Positions 43,912-55,503 of a stretch of 64,000 nt of DNA are shown one piece after another (positions within the stretch are counted from its first letter, which is position 1; the number at the start of each line of letters is the position of its first letter). Both the position numbers and the translations under genes were made by a program. A model generated the notes under the pieces. That model did no database searches. It was not told the DNA's origin and worked only from the letters and a program-made list of their open reading frames with translations. Origin of the DNA: an uncultured Candidatus Rokubacteria bacterium (lineage in GTDB: Bacteria; Methylomirabilota; Methylomirabilia; Rokubacteriales; CSP1-6); contig CAVVEU010000024.1 in the NCBI GenBank assembly GCA_963747235.1, forward strand, positions 288,001-352,000. Reading direction: 5' to 3'.

Positions 43912-44834
43912 GGCGCGATCTCCTTTTTGAAGAAGCCGAAGGTGCGGCGGAGGCCTTCCGCGAGGGACACGGTGGGTTTCCAGCCGAGCGCGCGTGCGGC
44001 CAGCGCGGGGGAGAGACAGCTCCGGCGCTGCTCGCCCGGCCGGGCGGGCGCGTGCTGCGCCTCGATCGTGGAGCCGGCGGCCTGCACCAGCCCCTGGTAG
44101 AGGTCGTTCACCGACGTCTCGATCCCGGTGCAGATGTTGACGCCGCCGATGGCCTCGGGATGCTCGAGCGCCTTCACGTTGGCGGCGGCCACGTCCTCCA
44201 CGTAGGTGTAGTCGCGGGTCTGGCCGCCGTCGCCGTTGATGATGGGCGCCTGGCCGGTCAGCAGCCGGTGGCAGAAGATGGCGATCACGCCCGCCTCGCC
44301 CTGCGGGTTCTGGCGCGGCCCGTAGATGTTGGCGTAGCGCAGCGAGATGCCGCTGATGCCGTAGATGCCGTTCCACGCGCTGACGTACTGCTCCACCGCG
44401 ACCTTGGTGATGCCGTAGGGCGAGATCGGGAGGCTGGGGTGGCTCTCCGGCGTGGGGATGACGTCGGTGTCCCCGTAGCCCGCGCCTCCGCTGGAGGAGT
44501 AGATCACGCGGCGGACGCCGGTGGCGCCGGCAGCACTCGAGCAGCCCGACGCCGCCGCCGATGTTCACGCTGGCGTCGAACACCGGATCGGTCACCGAGC
44601 GGCCCACCGACGCCTGCGCGGCCAGGTGGGCCACCACGTCCGGCCGCTCCGTCTCGAAGACGCGCCCGAGGCGCGCGCTGCGGAGGTCCACCTCGTGGAA
44701 GCGGGCGCGCGGGTTGATCCAGCGCGCGTCGCCGGTGGTGAGGTTGTCCACCACCGCCACGTCGTGGCCCGCGGCCAGGAAGGCGTCCACCACGTGCGAG
44801 CCGATGAAGCCCGCCCCGCCCGTGACGAGGATCT

Positions 44835-44838
<4 letters not shown>
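43908..44838 (-). CDS. NAD-dependent epimerase (UDP-glucose 4-epimerase-like; apparent frameshift near 44525)
   Basis: [28 protein letters not shown]. Confidence 0.9.
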
Positions 44839-45770
<932 letters not shown>

Positions 45771-45781
45771 CGGCGCGACCC

Positions 45782-47092
45782 TCAGCCCGCCAGCACGGGC
45801 TTGCGCCCGATCGAGTAGTACTCGAAGCCGAGCCGGCGCATGCGCTCGGGCTCGTAGAGGTTGCGGGCGTCGAAGATCAGCCGGTGCCGCAGCAGCCCGC
45901 GCAGGCGGTCGAGGTTCAGGTACTTGAACTCGTTCCACTCGGTGAGCAGGGCCACCCCGTCCGCGCCCGCGGCCGCCTCGTAGGCCGACTCGCAGAAGGT
46001 CACCCCCGCCGGCATCAGCGGTCTCGCGTTGTCCATCGCCACCGGGTCGTAGGCGCGCACCTGGGCCCCCGCCGCGTGGAGCAGTCGGATCACCTCGAGG
46101 CTCTTGGCCTCGCGCATGTCGTCGGTGTTGGGCTTGAAGGCCAGTCCGAGGACCGCGATGGTCTTGTCCTCGAGGTCGCCCATCGCCTTGCGCATCATGT
46201 CCACCAGGTGGGCGGCGCGCTCCTTGTTGATCTCCACCACCGAGCGCAGCAGCTTGAAGTCGTAGCCGAAGCGGGAGGCGGTGTGGATGAGGGAGTCCAC
46301 GTCCTTGGGGAAGCAGGAGCCGCCGTAGCCGAGGCCGGCCTGGAGGAACTGCATCCCGATGCGCGAGTCGAGGCCCATGCCCTTCATCACCTGGCTCACG
46401 TCGGCGCCCGCGTTCTCGCAGATGTTGGCGATCGCGTTGATGAAGGAGATCTTGGCGGCCAGGAAGGCGTTGGAGGCGTACTTGATCACCTCCGCCGACG
46501 GCAGGTCGGTGATGATCATGGGCCGCTCGAGCGGAGCGTAGAGCTCCACCAGGGTCATCGCGACCTGCTGGTTGGGCGCGCCGATCACGATCCGGTCGGG
46601 CCGCAGGGTGTCCTCGATCGCGGAGCCCTCGCGCAGGAACTCGGGATTGGAGACCACGTCGAAGTCGATGGGGCGCGGCTGGTGCCGGGTGATGACTTCC
46701 CGGACGAACTCGCCGGTGCCGACCGGGACGGTGGACTTGTTGACGACCACCTTGTAGCGGTCCATCGAGCGGCCGATCTGGGTGGCGACCGCCTCCACGT
46801 GGGAGAGATCGGTCTCGCCGGTGTCCTTCGGGGGCGTGCCCACCGCGATGAAGATCACGTCGGCCTGGCGGACCCCGCCGGGGAGGTCGGTGGTGAAGCT
46901 GAGGCGCCCGTCGTCCTTGTTCCGGACCACCATCTCCTCGAGGCCCGGCTCGTAGATCGGCATCTGGCCGGCCCGGAGGGCCTCGATCTTCTTCTGATCG
47001 TTGTCCACGCAGACCACGTCGTTGCCGAGATCGGCGAAGACCGCGCCGGTCACCAGGCCCACGTAGCCCGTTCCCACCACGCAGATGTTCAT
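45782..47092 (-). CDS. ugd: UDP-glucose 6-dehydrogenase
   Basis: [29 protein letters not shown]. Confidence 0.96.
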   Translation of the reverse strand: MNICVVGTGYVGLVTGAVFADLGNDVVCVDNDQKKIEALRAGQMPIYEPGLEEMVVRNKDDGRLSFTTDLPGGVRQADVIFIAVGTPPKDTGETDLSHVEAVATQIGRSMDRYKVVVNKSTVPVGTGEFVREVITRHQPRPIDFDVVSNPEFLREGSAIEDTLRPDRIVIGAPNQQVAMTLVELYAPLERPMIITDLPSAEVIKYASNAFLAAKISFINAIANICENAGADVSQVMKGMGLDSRIGMQFLQAGLGYGGSCFPKDVDSLIHTASRFGYDFKLLRSVVEINKERAAHLVDMMRKAMGDLEDKTIAVLGLAFKPNTDDMREAKSLEVIRLLHAAGAQVRAYDPVAMDNARPLMPAGVTFCESAYEAAAGADGVALLTEWNEFKYLNLDRLRGLLRHRLIFDARNLYEPERMRRLGFEYYSIGRKPVLAG

Positions 47093-47167
47093 TCGGTCAG
47101 GCCTCCAGACGGGGATCTCAGAGTAACAGACAACCGCCCAACCGTGCTACCGACGCCCGCCCTGCCG

Positions 47168-48106
47168 CTACGACAGGGCGTGGCGGACCAGGCGCTCCCC
47201 CACCATGACGAGAAACAGCAGGAGAAGGAAGAAGTTCGAGAAGAGGAAGAGGGAGAGCCACCCGCGCTGGTCGTCCGGCTGCCGCGCGAACTTGGCGGCC
47301 AGCCAGATCAGGCGGCCGCCCAGCGCGGCGGCCGCGACCAGGGCGGCCGGGCCGCCCACGCCGAAGGTGGGCGCGGCCAGCGCCCAGGCGGTGAGGCCGA
47401 GGGCGTAGAGCTGGATGAGCCGGGCGGTGCCCTCCACGCCCACCCGCTCCGAGACCATCGGGAAGCCGCCCGCCGCGTAGTCGGCCCGGTAGCGGAGGGC
47501 CAGCGCCCAGAAGTGGGGCATCTGCCACAGGAACAGGATCCCGAAGAGGATCACCGCGCCCGCGTCGGTGAGGCGGCCGCCACCCGCCACCCAGCCGATC
47601 ACCGGCGGGATGGCGCCCGGGATGGCCCCCGGTACCGCCGCGAAGGGCGAGTTCGGCTTGAGCCAGGGCGTGTAGACGCCGTTGTAGAAGCCGCTCGCGA
47701 TCAGGCCCAGGATGCCCGCCATGGGCCCGACCCCGAGCCACAGCACGGCCGCGCCCGCCGCGATGGCCACGATGGAGAAGGCGAGCCCCTGGGCGTGCGA
47801 GAGCCGACCCGAGGGCAGCGGGCGCCCCGCGGTGCGGGCCATCAGGCCGTCCCGGCCGCGCTCCTGGACCTGGTTCAGCGCGGAGGCGCCGCAGGACAGC
47901 AGCATCACGCCGGCCAGCACCAGCAGGCCCTGCGGCCACGGGAACTCGGGTCCCAGGGGAGCGCTCAGCATGAAGCCGGCGCCCGCGGAGACCAGCACCA
48001 GGAGCACGATCCCGAACTTCGAGAGCTCGGCGTAGGCGCCGATCCGCTCGGTCAGGCCGAGCGTTCCGATGCCGCGCGAGGCGGCGGTCGCGGTCCTAGG
48101 CGGCAT
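47168..48106 (-). CDS. ctaB: Protoheme IX farnesyltransferase
   Basis: MARTAGRPLPSGR, YTPWLK, FLWQMPHFWAL. Confidence 0.94.
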   Translation of the reverse strand: MPPRTATAASRGIGTLGLTERIGAYAELSKFGIVLLVLVSAGAGFMLSAPLGPEFPWPQGLLVLAGVMLLSCGASALNQVQERGRDGLMARTAGRPLPSGRLSHAQGLAFSIVAIAAGAAVLWLGVGPMAGILGLIASGFYNGVYTPWLKPNSPFAAVPGAIPGAIPPVIGWVAGGGRLTDAGAVILFGILFLWQMPHFWALALRYRADYAAGGFPMVSERVGVEGTARLIQLYALGLTAWALAAPTFGVGGPAALVAAAALGGRLIWLAAKFARQPDDQRGWLSLFLFSNFFLLLLFLVMVGERLVRHALS

Positions 48107-48986
48107 GCGCGGCCTTCCGGGTCGCGCCCGGCCGGGCGGGCGCCGCGAGACTTCCGCGCCAGCACCCCGCCTCGACGCTCACCCAGACGAGCACCGCCCA
48201 GATCGAGTACCCGACGGCGGCGTGGGCCGCCCGCACGACCGGGGTGAGCTGGAGCAGCACCGTGGCGATGCCGAGGGCGACCTGCAGCACCGCGAGCGCG
48301 GCGACCAGGCGCGTGGCCGTGGTCCGGCCCGCCGACCGCCACGTGAATGAACAGGCCCAGCAGGAGCACGCCGAGCCAGCGATGGACCCAGTGCACGCCG
48401 GCCAGCCACTGCGTGGGCAGGAGATCGCCGCTGCAGAGCGGGAAGTCGGGGCAGGCGAGGCCCGCCCCCGAATGCCGCACGTAGCCGCCCAGCGCGAGCT
48501 GGACGAGGAGCACGATCAGCCCCACGCGGGCCAGCCGCCGCAGGCGGTCGTCGCCGGCCGCGCGCGGGCGGCCGCGGCCTGGAGCCCCCGGGCCAGCACG
48601 ATGAGGCCGGCCAGGATCAGGAGCGCGTTGACCAGGTGCGCGGTGCTGATCAGGTGGGGGAGCTTGAGCAGCACCGTGATGCCGCCGAGCGCGATCTGCA
48701 CCGCGAGCAGGGCGGGCAGCAGCCAGGCGAGGCGCCGCAGCCCCGGCGCGCGCGTCCCGCGCAGGGTCAGCACGGTGGTGGCCACGATCAGCACGGTGGC
48801 GGCCAGCGCGGCGAGGCGGTGGCTGTACTCGATCAGCACGTCGAGCCGGAGCGGCGGGATCACCGAGCCGTGGCAGAGCGGCCAGTCCGGGCACGCGAGC
48901 CCGGAGCCGGTGGCGCTCACCACGTTGCCGAGCGTCATCAGGAAGAAGACCGCGACCACCGCGGCCCAGGCGAGCCTAGCGGCCAT
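48096..48986 (-). CDS. ctaA: Heme A synthase COX15/CtaA (apparent frameshifts)
   Basis: GSGLACPDWPLC, EYSHR, second repeat GLACPDFPLC, HWVHR. Confidence 0.9.
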
Positions 48987-49842
48987 GGCGCGCCCCGGCC
49001 AGGGGCACCGCCGCGTCGTCGCCGCCCGCGCTCTGCCAGCGGAAGAAGACGACGGAGAGGGCGACGAGGAAGACCATGCCCCCGGGGATCCACATGATGA
49101 GCCCACCCAGGTGCTGGTCGGCGCGCGGGGTGAGCTGCGGCCAGATCCGCGGGGCGGCCGCGTAGTACGGATAGAGCAGGCCGTCGGCCATCGAGATGAA
49201 GATGGCCACCATCACCATCGGCAGGCCCACCACGAAGAGGTAGAGCATCTGGATCGGGTAGGGCGCGCGGGGCAGCTCGTCGAGCGGGGAGAGCACCGGC
49301 CACCACAGGATGACGGAGCCGGCCATCATCAGGAGGTGCCCCACGACGTGGAAGGGGTGCTGCTCCATGGCCAGATTGTAGATTGGCGGCAGGTGCCACG
49401 CGATCAGGATCACGTTGAAGGTCGCGAACGATCCGGTCGGCCGGGTCAGCGCGCGGCCGAGCTCGAGTAGCTTGGCGTCCCGCAGGAGCGGGCGCAGCAT
49501 CCATCCCGGGGTGCCGTAGAGCAGCAGCGGCGGCATCGCGAAGACCAGCAGCATGTGCTGGACCATGTGCGCGCTGAAGAGGTAGTAGTCCGAGAGATCG
49601 TGGAGGGGCCCGGTGAGCGCGCCGAAGAGCACGAGCAGCGCCCCGCCGAACGAGGCCACCTTGAGCGGCTCCACCCGGGCCTCGGGGGCGAGCCGTCGCC
49701 GCCACAGGATCGCCGCGGTGTAGGCCGCGCCCAGGACGACGAGGCCCGTGACGACGCCGGGATCGGCCTGCCAGGAGGTCCAGTCGAAGCCCTCGGGTCC
49801 GAGGGGAGGCGGCCCCGCGGGTCCGGGTCCTACGTGCGCCAT
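48976..49842 (-). CDS. ctaG: caa3-type oxidase assembly factor
   Basis: YLFSAHMVQHMLL, WHLP, DQHLGGLIMWIPG. Confidence 0.9.
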   Translation of the reverse strand: MAHVGPGPAGPPPLGPEGFDWTSWQADPGVVTGLVVLGAAYTAAILWRRRLAPEARVEPLKVASFGGALLVLFGALTGPLHDLSDYYLFSAHMVQHMLLVFAMPPLLLYGTPGWMLRPLLRDAKLLELGRALTRPTGSFATFNVILIAWHLPPIYNLAMEQHPFHVVGHLLMMAGSVILWWPVLSPLDELPRAPYPIQMLYLFVVGLPMVMVAIFISMADGLLYPYYAAAPRIWPQLTPRADQHLGGLIMWIPGGMVFLVALSVVFFRWQSAGGDDAAVPLAGARHGR

Positions 49843-49844
49843 CG

Positions 49845-50183
49845 CTAGTGCGGTCGGGGCAGCAGCAGGAAGGCGCTGAAGAGCGCCATGACGGCCAGGA
49901 TGATGGCGATGGCGATGACGAGCGGTCCCACGAAGAGCGCCCGCATGATCCGGTGGTCGTACTTGAGATGCATGAAGAACCCGACGACCAGGTAGAACTT
50001 GACCGCGGACATCGCGAGCAGGCTGATCACCAGGACCGGGTTCGGGATCCCCGGGACGTAGAGGGTCGCCACCTCGACGCCGGTGATGATGGCCAGCGCG
50101 ACGGCCACCTGGATGTACGTCTTGACGGTGGCGTGCCCGCCCCCTCCTCCGTGCGTCGCGGCAGTGGTGCCGTGATCGGCCAT
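49845..50183 (-). CDS. Cytochrome c oxidase subunit IV
   Basis: Three TM helices, KFYLVVGFFMHLK. Confidence 0.88.
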   Translation of the reverse strand: MADHGTTAATHGGGGGHATVKTYIQVAVALAIITGVEVATLYVPGIPNPVLVISLLAMSAVKFYLVVGFFMHLKYDHRIMRALFVGPLVIAIAIILAVMALFSAFLLLPRPH

Positions 50184-50193
50184 GTCGCGGCTC

Positions 50194-50811
50194 CTAGGGG
50201 ATGAGGTAGATGATGGTGAAGATCGCGATCCACACGATGTCCACGAAGTGCCAGTAGAGACCGGCGATCTCGACCTTGGTGTAGTCGCGCCGGTCGAGCT
50301 TGCCCCGCCACGCGAGCGAGACCAGCATCAGGAGCCAGATGACTCCGCCGGTGACGTGCGCGCCGTGGAAGCCGGTGAGCACGAAGAAGGTGGAGCCGAA
50401 CAGGCTCGTCCCGAGCGTCAGGTCGTGGTGGTAGACGAAGGTCCAGAACTCGTAGACCTGGTTCAGCACGAAGTGCAGGCCCATCGCGGCGGTGGCCAGC
50501 AGCCAGCGCGCGGCCACCTTCACCCGGTTGTCCTGCAGGGCGGCCAGGGCCAGCACCATGGTCAGCGACGAGGCGAGCAGCAGGGCCGCGCTGTAGGACG
50601 TGAGCGGGATGTCGAACACGTCGTGCGGCGTCGGCCCCGAGATGGACTTGCCCTTGTAGGCCAGGTAGGTCCCGATCAGGGACCCGAAGAACATGCAGTC
50701 CGAGCCGAGGAAGGCCCACATGCCCATCTTGCGATGGTCGAGCCCGGTGTTGCCGATGTTCGGATCGTGAACCGCGTGAACGACGGCGTGGGTCGCGGCA
50801 TGATCGGCCAC
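50194..50811 (-). CDS. ctaE: Cytochrome c oxidase subunit III
   Basis: LTGFHGAHV, GLYWHFVDIVW. Confidence 0.94.
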   Translation of the reverse strand: MADHAATHAVVHAVHDPNIGNTGLDHRKMGMWAFLGSDCMFFGSLIGTYLAYKGKSISGPTPHDVFDIPLTSYSAALLLASSLTMVLALAALQDNRVKVAARWLLATAAMGLHFVLNQVYEFWTFVYHHDLTLGTSLFGSTFFVLTGFHGAHVTGGVIWLLMLVSLAWRGKLDRRDYTKVEIAGLYWHFVDIVWIAIFTIIYLIP

Positions 50812-50821
50812 GGGGGCTCTC

Positions 50822-52687
50822 CTAGTGTCCGTGCCCGTCGGCGGGGCGATGGTGTTCCATGGCGAACTTGTACATCAGGAACAGGGTGAGCAGGCCGCCC
50901 ACGATGACCTGGTACCTGCTGATGAGCAGGCCCGAGATCATCATCGCCATCGCGAGGGCGAGCAGGATCGGCCAGTACGAGCTGGGCGGCATGTGGATGG
51001 CCGCGATCTCGGCCGCGGTCACCGGGGCCGGCTTGGGCCGCGGGGCGCCCCCGTGCCCGTCCCCGTACTTCTGCAGCCACAGGTCGTCACGGTCCTGCAC
51101 CTCGGGCACGCGCGCGAAGTTGTAGATCGGGGGCGGCGACGGGATCGCCCACTCGAGCGTGCGCCCGTCCCACGGATCGGCGCTCGCGACCTTGCCGGAC
51201 CGCGTGGTCTTGATCACGTTCGCGATGAACACGAGCAGGGACAGCGCGATCGTGAAGGCCCCGATGGTGGAGACCATGTTCCAGAAGTTCCAGCCGAGGT
51301 CTCCCGCGTAGGTGTAGATGCGCCGGGGCATGCCGATCAGGCCGAGGTAGTGCTGGGGGAAGAAGGTGACGTTGAAGCCGAGCATCATCAGCCAGAAGTG
51401 CACCTTGCCGAGCCGCTCGTCGAGCAGCTTGCCGGTGATCTTCGGCCACCAGTAGTAGGCGCCCGAGAAGAGCCCGAAGATCGAGCCGCCGAAGAGCACG
51501 TAGTGGAAGTGGGCCACCACGAAGTAGGTGTCGGTCTGCTGCAGGTCCACCGGGGGCGAGGCGTGCATGACGCCGGAGAGGCCGCCCATCGTGAACATGG
51601 CGATGAAGCCGAGCGAGAAGTAGAGCGGGGTCTGGAAGCGGATGGAGCCGCCCCACAGGGTGCAGAGCCAGTTGAGGATCTTCACCCCGGTGGGCACCGC
51701 GATCAGCATGGTGGTGATGGAGAAGGCGGCGTCGGCCACCGGGCCCATGCCGACCGAGAACATGTGGTGGCTCCACACCCCGAAGCCGAAGAAGCCGATG
51801 GTGATGCCGGAGTAGATGACGACCGGCGCGCCGAAGAGCGGCTTGCGCGCGAAGGTGGGCAGCACCTCCGAGACGATGCCCATCGCGGGGAGGATCAGGA
51901 TGTAGACCTCGGGGTGGCCGAAGATCCAGAAGAGGTGCTGCCAGAGCAGGGGATCGCCGCCCGCGGCGGGGGAGTAGAAGAGCGTGCCGAAGAAGCGGTC
52001 GAACATGAGGAGGATGAGCGCCACCGTGATGGCCGGGAAGGCGAGCACGATGAGGAACTGGGTCACGAAGCTCATCCAGATGAACACCGGCATCCGCATC
52101 AGGGTCATGCCGGGCGCCCGCATGTTGATGATCGTCACCAGGAAGTTGAAGCCCGCGAGCATGGACGAGATGCCGAGGATCTGCAGGCCGAGCATCCAGA
52201 AGTCGATGGAGTGGGTCGGCGAGAACTGGTGCGAGGTCAGGTTGGCGTAGCCGAACCAGCCGCCGTCCGGCACCGCCTGGGCCAGGAAGCTCACGTGCAG
52301 GAGGAGCCCGCCGGAGAGGAAGATCCAGTAGGAGAGCGCGTTCAGGCGCGGGAAGGCCACGTCGCGCGCCCCGATCATGAGCGGGATCATGTAATTGAAG
52401 AACGCCGCGCTCATCGGCATGATCGCGAGGAACACCATGGTGGTGCCGTGCATGGTGAACAGCTCGTTGAAGGTCTGCGCGCTCACCAGGGTGTTGTCCG
52501 GCCGGGCGAGCTGCAGGCGCATGATCAGCGCCTCGATCCCCCCGATCAGGAAGAAGATGAACGCGCTCGAGCCGTAGAGGATGCCGATCCGCTTGTGATC
52601 GACGGTGGTGAGCCAGGACGCGACGATCCCCCAGAACGTGGGGACCTCCACCTTCGCGCCCGGCATGAATGCCGCGTGAGTCGCCAT
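50822..52687 (-). CDS. ctaD: Cytochrome c oxidase subunit I (A1 type)
   Basis: DHKRIG, FGHPEVY, WSHH, VAHFHY, GMPRR. Confidence 0.97.
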   Translation of the reverse strand: MATHAAFMPGAKVEVPTFWGIVASWLTTVDHKRIGILYGSSAFIFFLIGGIEALIMRLQLARPDNTLVSAQTFNELFTMHGTTMVFLAIMPMSAAFFNYMIPLMIGARDVAFPRLNALSYWIFLSGGLLLHVSFLAQAVPDGGWFGYANLTSHQFSPTHSIDFWMLGLQILGISSMLAGFNFLVTIINMRAPGMTLMRMPVFIWMSFVTQFLIVLAFPAITVALILLMFDRFFGTLFYSPAAGGDPLLWQHLFWIFGHPEVYILILPAMGIVSEVLPTFARKPLFGAPVVIYSGITIGFFGFGVWSHHMFSVGMGPVADAAFSITTMLIAVPTGVKILNWLCTLWGGSIRFQTPLYFSLGFIAMFTMGGLSGVMHASPPVDLQQTDTYFVVAHFHYVLFGGSIFGLFSGAYYWWPKITGKLLDERLGKVHFWLMMLGFNVTFFPQHYLGLIGMPRRIYTYAGDLGWNFWNMVSTIGAFTIALSLLVFIANVIKTTRSGKVASADPWDGRTLEWAIPSPPPIYNFARVPEVQDRDDLWLQKYGDGHGGAPRPKPAPVTAAEIAAIHMPPSSYWPILLALAMAMMISGLLISRYQVIVGGLLTLFLMYKFAMEHHRPADGHGH

Positions 52688-52697
52688 GGGCGTCTCC

Positions 52698-53730
52698 CTA
52701 TTTCAGGCTGAGGAGGTAGGCGGCCAGAGCCTTCGACTGCTCCCCCTTCATCCCCAGGTTCGGCATCAGCGCGCCGGGCTTCATGTGAGCGGGATCCTCG
52801 ATCCACTTGGTCAGGTTGTCCGGGGTGGTGGCCATCAGCGACCCCGCGAAGGTCTTGCGGCTCGCGAAGTGGGTGAGATCGGGCCCGATGTGGCCGGCGG
52901 AGATCCCGGTGATGGTGTGGCAGCCCACGCACGTCGACTGGGTGAACAGGGTCTTGCCCTGCTGGGCGAGCGCGTCGGGCGACTCCACCGGGGCCGCCTG
53001 CTGGGCTCGGACCCACTTCTCGAAGTCGGCGGGCTCGTGCACGATGACCCGGAAGCGCATGTTGGCGTGCGACATCCCGCAGTACTCCGCGCACTGCCCC
53101 GGATATTCGCCGGGCGTGTCCGGAGTGAGCGTGATGTGGTTCACCCGGTGGGGGACCACGTCGCGCTTGCCGCCGAGCTGCGGGATCCAGAAGGAGTGGA
53201 TGACGTCGGGAGCGTTCAGGGCGAACGACACCGTCTGCCCGACGGGCAGGTGCAGCTCGTTGGCGGTGGTGATCTTCTGCTGCGGGTAGCGGAACTCCCA
53301 CCACCACTGCTTGCCGGAGACCTCGACCCGCAGGGCGGTGGCCGCCGGGCGCCTCTTGGGTCTTGAAAATCACTCTGATAGTGGGGATCGCGATGATCAG
53401 CAGGATCACCGCGAACGCGATGGTCCACGAGATCTCGAGCACGGTGTGGCCGTGCACCTGCTTGGGGATGGGCGCGCCCGGCCGGTCGCGGAAGCGCCAG
53501 CACGCGTAGACGAGGGCGACCTCCACCGCGATGAAGATGCCGAGCGTCCACCACGAGATCAGCATGAAGATGTCGTGGGTGATCTTCCCGAAGTCCGACT
53601 TCGGGATCACCGTGCTCATCGGGGTGTCCCAGTTCCAGCCCACCGCGCTGCAGGCGCTCGCGAGCAGGAGGACGGCTCCCAGCAGGCCGAGCCGCGTCCA
53701 GTCCAGGCGCTTCACGAGGCGGGCGATCAT
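52698..53730 (-). CDS. coxB: Cytochrome c oxidase subunit II with fused cytochrome c (caa3; apparent frameshift near 53345)
   Basis: Lipobox LASAC, LEISWT, DVIHSFW, CAEYCGMSHANM CuA site, CVGCH heme c. Confidence 0.94.
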
Positions 53731-53760
53731 CGAAATCGGTCATGGCGTCGTGTGGTTCCT

Positions 53761-54027
53761 CTAGCGCGGGGCCGCCACCGATGGAGATGGCGTGCCGGTC
53801 GCGGCCACGGCGGGCCGGTGGACGTCGACGACGGCCACCCAGCTACGGGCGGCCAGGAAGAGCACGAGGAGCACCGGGATGCAGGTCCACAGCAGGTCGC
53901 TGCGCCGGCGTGCCTCCCGCGCCGACACCGCCCGGCGCGAGCGGAGCACGAAAGCGAGGGCGCTGGCCTGGGCAGCCAGGAAGACGGTCAGGACCAGGGC
54001 CAGCAGCAGGTGCACTATCGTGGGCAC
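53761..54027 (-). CDS. Small two-TM protein resembling the subunit II transmembrane hairpin
   Basis: GAGG RBS + GTG; DLLWTCIPVLLVLFLAARS; first gene of the oxidase operon. Confidence 0.65.
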   Translation of the reverse strand: MPTIVHLLLALVLTVFLAAQASALAFVLRSRRAVSAREARRRSDLLWTCIPVLLVLFLAARSWVAVVDVHRPAVAATGTPSPSVAAPR

Positions 54028-54141
54028 AGCTTCCTCATGGGATAGATGGCGCTGGATTCTTGCGGGAGTGTACTTGATCCCGCGGACGGTTGCCAAGTGG
54101 AAACTTTCACATGCGCCCCTTGGCGGCCCGGCGGCGGCGCG

Positions 54142-55374
54142 CTAGCCGGCCAGCTTCAGCAGCGTGTGGAGCAGCGCGTTGGTGCCCCGCTCGATGGCCT
54201 TCCAGTCGCTCATCTCGTCGGGCCGGTGGCTGCGCCCGCCCCGCGAGGGGATGAAGAGCATCCCGGAGTCGGTCACGGTGGCCAGGTTCTGGGCGTCGTG
54301 CCCCGCGCCCGACGGCATGCGCTTGAAGCGGAGCTTGAGCTGCTCGCAGGCCGCCTGCACCGCGTTCATGACCCGCGGGGCGCAGCGCGCCGGGTCGGTG
54401 CGGGACATGGCCTCGACGACCACCTTCAGGCCGCGGCGGCGCGTGATGGTGCGGGCGAGCGCGGCGCACTCGCGGTCGAGCCGCGCGAGGATCTTCGGGT
54501 CCAGCTCGCGCATCTCCTGCATCAGCACCGCCTGCGCGGGCACGATGTTGGAGACGCCCGGGGAGAGCTCGATGCGCCCGAAGTTGGTCACGCTCCGGCC
54601 GCTGCCCTTTCGCACGATGTGCTCCCGCGCCTTCAGCGCGTACTCGCACGCGGCCAGGAAGGCGTCCTTGCGCCAGGCCATCGGGGTGGTGCCCGCGTGG
54701 TCCGGCTCGCCGACGAAGGTGAGGCGGTTGCGCCGGATGCCCACGATGCCCTCGACCAGCCCGATGGGCAGGCGCGCGGCCTCGAGGTGCGGGCCCTGCT
54801 CGATGTGCAGCTCGATGTAGGCGTGCAGCGTCCGCGGATCGCAGCGCGCCTCCGCCACCCGGCCCGCGTCGTACCCGGCCCGGGCCATCGCGTCCACCAG
54901 CCGGATGCCGTCCACCGCCTGGAGCTTGGGGACCTCGGCCAGATCGAGCTTGCCGGTGAAGGCGCGCGAGCCGAAGAGGCTGCCGTACCGGCCTTCCTCG
55001 TCGCTCCAGGCCACCACCGCCAGCGGCCGCCGCGTGTCGAGCCCGGCCGCCTTGATGGTCTGCAGGCACTCGAGCCCGGCCAGCACGCCGAGGGCGCCGT
55101 CGAGCGGACCGCCTTCGGGCACCGTGTCGATGTGGGAGCCGGTCAGCACGGCCGCCCCCTCGCCGCGGAGGGAGCCGAACGTGTTGCCCGCCGCGTCCAC
55201 GCGCGTCTCGAGCCCGGCCTCGACCATCCGCCCGAGCAGCCACTTCCGCGCTTCCTCGTGGGGCGGGCTCCAGCACGAGCGGGTGATGCCATGGCCGGCC
55301 GCGTTGCGGCCGTAGGAGGACAGGGTCTCGATATGGCTCTTCAAGCGGGGCAAGGAGATGCCGATGGTCGCCAT
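54142..55374 (-). CDS. M20 Zn-dependent hydrolase (N-carbamoyl-amino acid/allantoate amidohydrolase family)
   Basis: GSHIDTV, DEEG, ELHIEQGP, HAGTTPM, SGAGHDA. Confidence 0.93.
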   Translation of the reverse strand: MATIGISLPRLKSHIETLSSYGRNAAGHGITRSCWSPPHEEARKWLLGRMVEAGLETRVDAAGNTFGSLRGEGAAVLTGSHIDTVPEGGPLDGALGVLAGLECLQTIKAAGLDTRRPLAVVAWSDEEGRYGSLFGSRAFTGKLDLAEVPKLQAVDGIRLVDAMARAGYDAGRVAEARCDPRTLHAYIELHIEQGPHLEAARLPIGLVEGIVGIRRNRLTFVGEPDHAGTTPMAWRKDAFLAACEYALKAREHIVRKGSGRSVTNFGRIELSPGVSNIVPAQAVLMQEMRELDPKILARLDRECAALARTITRRRGLKVVVEAMSRTDPARCAPRVMNAVQAACEQLKLRFKRMPSGAGHDAQNLATVTDSGMLFIPSRGGRSHRPDEMSDWKAIERGTNALLHTLLKLAG

Positions 55375-55400
55375 GGCCGCCGCGAGTATACCCCACCCCC

Positions 55401-55449
55401 TTGACACTTTCTCGTGCGGGCTCGTATCATCGTACTGAACCTTCGTTCA
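55401..55449 (+). promoter_or_regulatory. Promoter and putative operator of the acyl-CoA dehydrogenase genes
   Basis: TTGACA-18-TATCAT followed by the palindrome TGAAC-N4-GTTCA at the predicted start site. Confidence 0.6.
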
Positions 55450-55503
55450 TCCTTACCCCGGTTAACCTCACTTACTGGCGACCCACCAACGTGGGAGGGT
55501 GCA

